From a virus (lineage: Duplodnaviria > Caudoviricetes), in IMG/VR virus record IMGVR_UViG_3300020470_000012, positions 1 to 53,434 of that record: a DNA stretch of 53,434 bases, one strand, 5' to 3'. Under the pieces are notes generated by a model, which saw nothing but the letters and a program-made list of their open reading frames with translations, did not search any database and had not been told where the DNA came from. This document shows positions 1 to 5,467 of this stretch, piece by piece; position 1 is the stretch's first letter; the number at the start of each line of letters is the position of its first letter. The translations under genes and the position numbers were made by a program.

Positions 1-104
1 TGATCAGGTTTATGTAATGACTCAATGAATAGATCTAATCCTCTATTATATTTTTCAATATAAGTTTCATTGTCATCAATAGTACGTTGGTCTTTACTTG
101 CCAT
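1..104 (-). CDS. Hypothetical protein, runs off the window edge (MASKDQRTIDDNETYIEKYNRGLDLFIESLHKPD...)
   Basis: Not in the ORF track. Start codon is CAT at 102-104 on +, and the frame is open to the edge. It overlaps the stop of 94..393 and resembles a small cyanophage protein recalled from memory. Confidence 0.75.
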   Translation of the reverse strand, partial: MASKDQRTIDDNETYIEKYNRGLDLFIESLHKPD

Positions 105-393
105 TGTTATCAATCCCATTTAGTTGTTGATCACGTTGTTCTTTCATCCTACCTTGATTGAGAAGTAACCAATCCTCAGCAGTCTCATAGTCATCAAAGA
201 ACCTCTGTTTACCTTCCCAAAAGAAGGTGAATTTCTCTATGAGTGATTCATATTTGATAAATGCGCCAGGTTCCGCATCCCATACAATATCATTGTCATA
301 ACAGTCTTTTACGAAGTTTTCAATGTCTTGTCTTTCGTCTGCTTGCCAAGGTACATCAGATGGAATGATGCCCAAATTGTTAGGATTATTCAT
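94..393 (-). CDS. Hypothetical protein, 99 aa, acidic
   Basis: ORF track; lies downstream of the minus-strand promoter at 518-546; its stop overlaps the next gene's start. Confidence 0.75.
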   Translation of the reverse strand: MNNPNNLGIIPSDVPWQADERQDIENFVKDCYDNDIVWDAEPGAFIKYESLIEKFTFFWEGKQRFFDDYETAEDWLLLNQGRMKEQRDQQLNGIDNNGK

Positions 394-460
394 TTATAAG
401 AGTATAAAATAAATGTATCTAAAAATATGTATGTGTGATGTATACTACTGGATAGTATCC

Positions 461-475
461 TTAGAATGATTCTCA
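461..475. promoter_or_regulatory. Fur-box-like 7-1-7 inverted repeat TTAGAAT-G-ATTCTCA
   Basis: Near-palindrome with one mismatch, similar to the Fur 7-1-7 consensus TGATAAT-N-ATTATCA. It lies in the leader of the minus-strand transcript. Confidence 0.35.
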
Positions 476-517
476 ATAAGGATAAACACCACGGAGATTC
501 GTTGTCTTAGCGAGCAC

Positions 518-546
518 ATTATAGCACGAACGCCCAAAAATTGCAA
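518..546 (-). promoter_or_regulatory. Sigma70-type promoter, leftward
   Basis: Minus strand reads TTGCAA (546-541), 17 nt, TATAAT (523-518), with TGC directly before the -10 (extended -10). Confidence 0.75.
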
Positions 547-570
547 GGATTCGTCATAATTTTATATAAT

Positions 571-878
571 CTAGTCGAGAATCCTCATAAAAAAGTCTAG
601 TCGAGATTATCCTAGACTAGCTTGACATCTAGACTAGATTGTTCTATAATATCTCTACTAGCTTCTATAATCTCGACTAGATCATACTAGAAAGGCTCGT
701 CTAGCTCATAACGTATATGCACTAGGCGCATCTATAATCTCGACTAGCTCATACATATGTACTAGCTCGTGTATCATGTACATGTGTACTAGCTCGCATG
801 TATAATCTCGTCTAGCTCATACACATATACATATGTACTAGCTCATGTGTACAAACGTGTACATACTTGCACTAGCTC
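571..878. repeat. CTAG-rich repeat array with three 22-bp direct repeats and inverted part-copies
   Basis: 17 CTAG sites between 571 and 875; CTAGCTC occurs 7 times. TATAATCTCG(A/T)CTAG(A/C)TCATAC at 666-687, 733-754 and 801-822. Inverted part-copies at 597-610 and 571-580. Confidence 0.9.
622..650 (+). promoter_or_regulatory. Perfect-consensus sigma70 promoter
   Basis: TTGACA (622-627), 17 nt, TATAAT (645-650). Confidence 0.8.
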
Positions 879-896
879 ATGCACATGTGGTATAAT
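867..896 (+). promoter_or_regulatory. Sigma70-type promoter for the first early ORF
   Basis: TTGCAC (867-872), 18 nt, TATAAT (891-896), with TGG extended -10. Confidence 0.65.
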
Positions 897-924
897 TAAT
901 CATATCGTACATATGATACAAATC

Positions 925-1173
925 ATGTCAGACGCACCCGATGAAAGACCAGAGGTTCTGATCAGTCGAAAGGAATATTATGAAGATTTCAAGGTTCGAT
1001 TACAAATTCATAACAGAGAATTTACAGAATTTGTTGTCGAGGTGGGCAACTTCGTGAACTGGACCAAACCCCACGTATCTAGAGCAATTGCTGCTGTAAA
1101 AAACAAGATCGAAGGGACAAATCCTGAAGTGTCACAAGTCAGCCAGAATTCTGACAAATCTGATGTAGAATGA
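925..1173 (+). CDS. Hypothetical early protein (MSDAPDERPEV...), paralogue of the C-terminus of 2186..2491
   Basis: Track ORF 847..1173 restarted at the in-frame ATG 925, downstream of the promoter; shares the LIS..Y..D...R..IHN.E..E pattern. Confidence 0.7.
   Translation: MSDAPDERPEVLISRKEYYEDFKVRLQIHNREFTEFVVEVGNFVNWTKPHVSRAIAAVKNKIEGTNPEVSQVSQNSDKSDVE
1114..1171 (+). promoter_or_regulatory. Early promoter cassette, copy 1
   Basis: GGGACA-N10-TGTCAC (1114-1135), 30 nt, then TAGAAT (1166-1171). Confidence 0.7.
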
Positions 1174-1460
1174 TTGCAATTGCGAGAAACTCCATGCCAC
1201 ATGACGACCACGAGGTCAAACTCACATCTGACCACTGGGAGGATCTGAAGGACCGATGGGCAGAAATTCGGCTCGATTCGATGGACCCAAATGACATGGA
1301 GCAGTTCGTGTATCAGGTCTTGCGTGAATCGCTTGATGATCTCAGTCCCACTGAATGCATCCGTCAGTTCACTGACGAGTTTGATCGTGTCACCGTGGAT
1401 GAAGTCATTCGTGATATCACAGCACCTGGATGCCAACGCTTCGGCAGCGTGATTTCGTAA
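1170..1460 (+). CDS. Hypothetical early protein, acidic and helical; true start may be the later ATG (MPHDD..., 1194)
   Basis: ORF track; the annotated start overlaps the -10 box, which favours the downstream Met. Confidence 0.7.
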   Translation: MIAIARNSMPHDDHEVKLTSDHWEDLKDRWAEIRLDSMDPNDMEQFVYQVLRESLDDLSPTECIRQFTDEFDRVTVDEVIRDITAPGCQRFGSVIS

Positions 1461-1474
1461 AAAAACCAGCTGCC

Positions 1475-1532
1475 CAACCAATTTATAAACTGGCACACTT
1501 CGTGTCCTATCGGGGTGAATTTCGTGTATTAT
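1475..1532 (+). promoter_or_regulatory. Early promoter cassette, copy 2
   Basis: CAACCA-N10-TGGCAC (1475-1496), 30 nt, TATTAT (1527-1532), then ATG at 1539. Confidence 0.75.
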
Positions 1533-1538
1533 AAGAAT

Positions 1539-1730
1539 ATGAAATTCACAGATCGATTCTCTCTCGAACTCACTTCTCAAGAGTTCGACATGCTTCAAGA
1601 ACTGATGCCCTTCGCTGCTCAGTTCGATTTCACAGAGCACCACGATGGAAAAACCTTCGACATCCTCTGGGACAAAATCTTGACTGCTCGTCACGAGATT
1701 ATTGACCTTGACGACAGGTCTAAAGTATGA
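1539..1730 (+). CDS. Hypothetical early protein (MKFTDRFSLEL...), probably leaderless
   Basis: Track ORF 1515..1730 restarted at ATG 1539, 6 nt after the -10; similar to 3142..3309. Confidence 0.7.
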   Translation: MKFTDRFSLELTSQEFDMLQELMPFAAQFDFTEHHDGKTFDILWDKILTARHEIIDLDDRSKV

Positions 1731-1915
1731 TCAATTCTGAAGCATTTGGCATGACATTCTGGATCAATGATGAACAGGATGTCATGTACTGCCCAACTTT
1801 CGTGGGTGGGCAACCCGACTTCAACAATACAGGATATGTTGAGGAATGGGATGACTGGTCTGATGTGGATGTTCCAGAATTGATCCGCATCATCTCTCGC
1901 CTCTACCAAAAGTAG
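1727..1915 (+). CDS. Hypothetical early protein, 62 aa, acidic
   Basis: ORF track; ATGA overlap with the upstream gene. Confidence 0.75.
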   Translation: MINSEAFGMTFWINDEQDVMYCPTFVGGQPDFNNTGYVEEWDDWSDVDVPELIRIISRLYQK

Positions 1916-1940
1916 AAGCGAAGCGGCTGGAATTTTTGAA

Positions 1941-2050
1941 CTGGGGTCACGTTAGATTCGTGATTAAACAGACGTGGGTCTAAAGATGCTTAGACCGCAT
2001 GGTCAGTACGGTTACTTCGTAACGCAGGATGCAATTACCACACGCCCCAG
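1941..2050. ncRNA. Candidate multi-stem structured RNA, strand unknown
   Basis: Closing stem CTGGGG/CCCCAG. Internal helices TCACG/CGTGA, CGTG/CACG, GGTCTAA/TTAGACC, GCAT/ATGC and GTTAC/GTAAC are all mutually compatible. It lies in an intergenic gap. Confidence 0.5.
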
Positions 2051-2106
2051 ATTGAAACACCTGACAGCACCGATCCTAGAACGGCTGCAGCAATTGTTTC
2101 ATTTTA

Positions 2107-2155
2107 TTACAATATTGTAAGGTTGGCAGAAATGTCAACCTTTTTCTTTTATAAT
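2107..2155 (+). promoter_or_regulatory. Early promoter with a 14-bp palindrome
   Basis: TTACAATATTGTAA (2107-2120), 29 nt, TATAAT (2150-2155). Confidence 0.6.
2119..2150 (+). terminator. Intrinsic terminator-like hairpin inside the promoter spacer
   Basis: AAGGTTGGCA-GAAA-TGTCAACCTT followed by a T tract. Confidence 0.65.
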
Positions 2156-2185
2156 ATGAGAGTAAACACGCAACCAAGCGAATTT

Positions 2186-2491
2186 ATGCCAACTGCTACT
2201 CCTTCCAAGACCGCTACCAAAGCACCAGCAAAACGTAGAACTCGGAAGACAGCAACGAAACCAACGGTTTCAAAGGTCACAGTCACAACCTTCAAAGGTG
2301 GCAAAAAAGTGGCAAAGGTCACAACCCTCAAGCGTCCATCCTCAGCAAGACTAATTTCTGCTGATCGTTATGTCAAGGACATTCAAACCAGATGGGCAAT
2401 CCACAATTACGAAATCCAAGAACTATTTGCTGGATTTCCTGGATACTTCAACTTCGTCAAAAGACAATACGCTAAGTTGAACCTTTCCTAA
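2186..2491 (+). CDS. Hypothetical early protein with a Lys/Arg/Thr-rich basic N-terminus
   Basis: Track ORF 2123..2491 restarted at ATG 2186, after the promoter and a leader resembling that of ORF 4537. Confidence 0.75.
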   Translation: MPTATPSKTATKAPAKRRTRKTATKPTVSKVTVTTFKGGKKVAKVTTLKRPSSARLISADRYVKDIQTRWAIHNYEIQELFAGFPGYFNFVKRQYAKLNLS

Positions 2492-2502
2492 AGAATTGTT
2501 AC

Positions 2503-2537
2503 AAAACCCCGAAAGGGGTTTTTTCATGCTCTATAAT
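2503..2537 (+). terminator. Terminator hairpin fused to the next -10 box
   Basis: AAAACCCC-GAAA-GGGGTTTTTT (2503-2524); TGTTAC at 2497-2502; TATAAT at 2532-2537. Confidence 0.75.
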
Positions 2538-2543
2538 AAACAC

Positions 2544-2747
2544 ATGGCAACAAACAACCCTTTCCAAATCCCAAACAACTCCTATGATGCAATTGCGTTC
2601 CTCTGTGATGTCTACTCAGATTACTGCACAAAGGAAAATCTCCCAAAAGTCTCTGCTGATGAACAAGACTTTGGAGAACTCACACAGCGTCAAGTCTTGT
2701 GGATCGAGCACTTCATCGATGTCTGGGATGCAGTACAGGATTGGTAG
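2544..2747 (+). CDS. Hypothetical early protein (MATNNPFQIP...), probably leaderless
   Basis: Track ORF 2496..2747 restarted at ATG 2544, 6 nt after TATAAT. Confidence 0.7.
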   Translation: MATNNPFQIPNNSYDAIAFLCDVYSDYCTKENLPKVSADEQDFGELTQRQVLWIEHFIDVWDAVQDW

Positions 2748-2814
2748 ACGCAGAACTTCCATCCTGAACGATTTCTAATCTCAGGGCAGAGCAACCGTAA
2801 GTCCCATTCCATTC

Positions 2815-2872
2815 CAACCAATTCACAAACTGGCACACAGCACCCCCAAGGGTGCTTTTTTATTGGTATATT
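2815..2872 (+). promoter_or_regulatory. Early promoter cassette, copy 3, with embedded terminator hairpin
   Basis: CAACCA-N10-TGGCAC (2815-2836); hairpin AGCACCC-CCAA-GGGTGCT plus T tract (2839-2861); TATATT (2867-2872), 30 nt after the box. Confidence 0.75.
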
Positions 2873-2878
2873 TAAAGA

Positions 2879-2935
2879 GTGGATGAGGTACACGTTCTCA
2901 GGAAGAATGTAATGGTCTCGACCCTTCCCATCCAC
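2879..2935 (+). ncRNA. Candidate structured 5' leader
   Basis: GTGGATG/CATCCAC closing stem begins at the predicted transcription start; inner hairpin ACGTTCT/AGAATGT. Confidence 0.4.
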
Positions 2936-2957
2936 ACCCCAATCAAACGGAGATTTT

Positions 2958-3137
2958 ATGAGTTTTTTCAACCACGTTCAACTTCATGAGTACGACATCA
3001 CCGACAAAGGTATTAGTCAAGCATGTTATGATGAACTGGTCGCCAGTGGCAACAATAGTACAGAAGAGCAACTTCGTGTCCTTGCCGATGATATGCGTGA
3101 GCAATTCAAAGATTACATGCGTCCTTTATTTGCTTAG
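2958..3137 (+). CDS. Hypothetical protein, 59 aa (MSFFNHVQLHEYDITDKGISQACYDEL...KDYMRPLFA)
   Basis: Not in the track, apparently because it is shorter than 60 aa. GGAG RBS at 2949-2952, ATG 2958, TAG 3135-3137. Confidence 0.8.
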   Translation: MSFFNHVQLHEYDITDKGISQACYDELVASGNNSTEEQLRVLADDMREQFKDYMRPLFA

Positions 3138-3141
3138 TCCT

Positions 3142-3309
3142 ATGCCATTAATCAAACTATCAATCGAAGAGCATCAATCACTCACAAACCTATTGAGTCA
3201 TCCTAAAACAGATAAGTATCGAAATGACAGATTTGATACTGAAACATTTGATTCAATGGTTGATAAGGTATATGATGCAGTAAACAATCTCACAATGGAG
3301 GACTTTTGA
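3142..3309 (+). CDS. Hypothetical protein, 55 aa (MPLIKLSIEEHQ...)
   Basis: 3' part of track ORF 2986..3309; the ATG is 4 nt after the previous stop. Confidence 0.7.
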   Translation: MPLIKLSIEEHQSLTNLLSHPKTDKYRNDRFDTETFDSMVDKVYDAVNNLTMEDF

Positions 3310-3530
3310 AAAACTTCAACGAATTCATCAACTACTGCCTTGACTTCTACGGTCAAGGCGGTTTATATGATCAAGGTAGAACCAAAGAGCAAATTGCCTT
3401 TTGCACCACAATGTACCTTGATGCTATCGCTCACTATGATAACGATGCTTACACGTGGGGTGATGGTGATTCATTAGATCGTGAAAGGGTTCGTGATATA
3501 ATGAATGAATACTACGGCAGAGGCAGATGA
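3306..3530 (+). CDS. Hypothetical phage protein with a DGDSLDRERVRD motif
   Basis: TTG start overlapping the upstream TGA; GGAGG RBS at 3297-3301. Confidence 0.8.
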   Translation: MKNFNEFINYCLDFYGQGGLYDQGRTKEQIAFCTTMYLDAIAHYDNDAYTWGDGDSLDRERVRDIMNEYYGRGR

Positions 3531-3578
3531 CAAACTGGCACACAAAACCCCCAAAAGGGGTTTTTTCTTTTGTATAAT
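3520..3578 (+). promoter_or_regulatory. Early promoter cassette, copy 4, with embedded terminator hairpin
   Basis: GAGGCA-N10-TGGCAC (3520-3541); AAAACCCC-CAAAA-GGGGTTTT hairpin plus T tract; TATAAT at 3573-3578. Confidence 0.75.
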
Positions 3579-3584
3579 AAAGGC

Positions 3585-4463
3585 ATGAACAAAAACACCC
3601 ACCTTGAGCACCCCGAAGACCTCATCCTTGGAGGTTTCGTGTCGGTGCTTTTTTTGTTGTACAATGAATTCAATGTTTCTCTGAAAATCGATGGAAGTCC
3701 TGCTATTGTCTGGGGTACGGATCCTGCTACTGGCACTTTCTTCGTGGGGACGAAATCGGTATTCAACAAAAGGAAAATCAAAATCCCTCACTCTCACGAA
3801 GAAATCGATCAGCATTACAAAGCACCGTTAGCAGACATCCTACATGCGTGTTTTGATAATTTGCCACGTACTGAGGGAATTTATCAAGGTGACTTCATCG
3901 GGTTCGGTGGCACAGACACTTATACCCCAAACACCTTGACTTACAAATTCCCAGAGGTCATCAATCAAAATATCATCGTTGCCCCTCATACTGAGTACAC
4001 AGCAACAAATGATCTTCGTGATGCAGTAGCAAAACCACTCCAGGAACATTTCGTGGATAGTGACGAAATCAAATGGGTTCAACCTTGCGTTGATTTGGTT
4101 CGTGAAAATGACGTATCACCACCAGTCCCATTTACTAAGAATTTCTTCCACGGCAGCGAGTACGCTAAAATCAAAAAGGACATCAACACCCTAATCAAAA
4201 ATGACATACCTCTTACTGATGGTGTTCTTACTGATATTCTTGGGGACAATCAACTTACAAACCTTTTCCAACTTATTACGGAAGTGAAAGAGGATCTGAT
4301 GAATTCTTTCATCGTTTACGATGCTCCACAGGTTTTCCTAAATGGTCAACCAACTCAGCACGAAGGTTTCGTGATTTGGTCAGAGTACGGTCAATGCAAA
4401 TTGGTAGACCGTTCTGAGTTTAGTCGTGCAAACTTCGCCAGAGGTGCAGTATGGGACAGTTAG
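3585..4463 (+). CDS. Phage protein (DUF6267-like) with ligase/nucleotidyltransferase-like motifs
   Basis: N-terminal NTHLEHPED; KIDG, YQGDF, EGFV and KLVDR motifs in order; ATG 6 nt after the -10. Confidence 0.7.
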   Translation: MNKNTHLEHPEDLILGGFVSVLFLLYNEFNVSLKIDGSPAIVWGTDPATGTFFVGTKSVFNKRKIKIPHSHEEIDQHYKAPLADILHACFDNLPRTEGIYQGDFIGFGGTDTYTPNTLTYKFPEVINQNIIVAPHTEYTATNDLRDAVAKPLQEHFVDSDEIKWVQPCVDLVRENDVSPPVPFTKNFFHGSEYAKIKKDINTLIKNDIPLTDGVLTDILGDNQLTNLFQLITEVKEDLMNSFIVYDAPQVFLNGQPTQHEGFVIWSEYGQCKLVDRSEFSRANFARGAVWDS

Positions 4464-4509
4464 CAAACTGACCACATTTCCCCCATTCGCTGCCTTAAGG
4501 CAGTATATT
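4453..4509 (+). promoter_or_regulatory. Early promoter cassette, copy 5
   Basis: GGGACA-N10-TGACCA (4453-4474), 29 nt, TATATT (4504-4509); GTATATTTAAAGAGT is identical to 2866-2880. Confidence 0.7.
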
Positions 4510-4536
4510 TAAAGAGTCAACAAACCAAGCAATTTT

Positions 4537-4875
4537 ATGAGAAAGATCGAATCCCAAATGTGCTCTGCAGTTCGTTTCAAGCACGACTTCGCAAAGGATA
4601 ACACCAGCGTGACCATCGTGGAAGAAAATGACAGACCAGTCGCTGAGGTTCGTCTTCACAATAATCTCATCGCTCGCATAGGTGATGGGTTTATGCAACT
4701 CTCATCTGCTGGTTGGGAGACAGTCACCACTAAGTCAAGACTCAACGCTTTACTTCGTGATGGGGTGTTCAACGGCACAGGTTGCAGCATCTTTCAGAAG
4801 GATTTCTACTGGTATTTCAATTCACCAGAGACAGGCACAGTTGACTTCGTGGATGGCATGATCATCCCAGTCTAA
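4537..4875 (+). CDS. Phage hypothetical protein (MRKIE...LHNNLIA...TTKSRLNAL)
   Basis: ORF track; bounded by a promoter and a terminator; motif recalled from marine phage early genes. Confidence 0.85.
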   Translation: MRKIESQMCSAVRFKHDFAKDNTSVTIVEENDRPVAEVRLHNNLIARIGDGFMQLSSAGWETVTTKSRLNALLRDGVFNGTGCSIFQKDFYWYFNSPETGTVDFVDGMIIPV

Positions 4876-4897
4876 CAGATGGAATTACTGATTTTAC

Positions 4898-4925
4898 AAA
4901 GGACTGGCAACAGTCCTTTTTTTAT
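4898..4925 (+). terminator. Rho-independent terminator closing the early island
   Basis: AAAGGACTG-GCAA-CAGTCCTTT followed by a T tract. Confidence 0.9.
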
Positions 4926-4986
4926 TTTCTAAATTGTTAATTTGACAGTGTAATTGATGATGTTAAATGTTAATAATTGCGCCCCT

Positions 4987-5050
4987 TATATAAAAAACGA
5001 TAGAGACCCTAACCTACAAAACTTTGAAAACGAGATGTATATAAAAAACG
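4987..5050. repeat. 13-bp direct repeat TATATAAAAAACG, two copies
   Basis: Copies at 4987-4999 and 5038-5050 flank AGAGACCCTAACCTACAAA. Confidence 0.75.
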
Positions 5051-5085
5051 CCCCCTTTGAAAAATCCCCCAAAGAAAAATTTTCG

Positions 5086-5094
5086 TGGTATAAT
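5086..5094 (+). promoter_or_regulatory. Extended -10 promoter
   Basis: TGG-TATAAT upstream of ORF 5119. Confidence 0.5.
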
Positions 5095-5118
5095 AAGTAG
5101 TATAGGGTCGCATAAAAA

Positions 5119-5316
5119 ATGGAAGATAAATACAACATTTATGTCGTAGGAAACCTAACGCATTCCCTTGTAAACGAGCAAGAGATGTTAGATATCCTTT
5201 TAGACTATGCTGATAGATATCACGAAGATACTTCTCAGCCCAGAGATATCCAAGTTGAACTAGTAAAAGAAAATGGCGAAAAAAGATTCCTCACAAGATC
5301 CAATGAAGTATCGTAA
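5119..5316 (+). CDS. Hypothetical protein, 65 aa
   Basis: ORF track; follows the extended -10. Confidence 0.6.
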   Translation: MEDKYNIYVVGNLTHSLVNEQEMLDILLDYADRYHEDTSQPRDIQVELVKENGEKRFLTRSNEVS

Positions 5317-5467
5317 GATAGGTGAGGATCAGGATACTGATTTATCTCACATATTAGACGAGATCTTTGTAAGACTTGATATGATAGAACATAACTTGAA
5401 AAGGAACAATATAAAAATGAAAAGTGTTTACGATAACCTCCGAGAAGATAAACCTCTCATAGACTAA
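5273..5467 (+). CDS. Hypothetical protein, 64 aa, short coiled coil
   Basis: ORF track; TAATG coupling to the next gene. Confidence 0.6.
   Translation: MAKKDSSQDPMKYRKIGEDQDTDLSHILDEIFVRLDMIEHNLKRNNIKMKSVYDNLREDKPLID

Noticed and set aside
666-822. 22-bp repeats with 45-46 nt spacers as a CRISPR mini-array
   Set aside because: Only three repeats; the spacers are low-complexity and contain the same CTAG(CTC) sub-motif; no cas genes in the window.
847-924. N-terminal extension of track ORF 847..1173
   Set aside because: It translates the repeat array and spans the promoter at 867-896; ATG 925 is more plausible.
1008-1694. 228-aa minus-strand ORF
   Set aside because: Antisense shadow of three plus-strand genes that have their own promoter cassettes; no recognisable motifs.
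2107-2120. Palindrome as an NtcA site
   Set aside because: NtcA needs GTA-N8-TAC; here the order is TAC...GTA with different spacing.
2986-3141. 5' half of track ORF 2986..3309
   Set aside because: It overlaps, out of frame, a better-supported ORF (2958..3137, with an RBS); the real gene likely starts at 3142.
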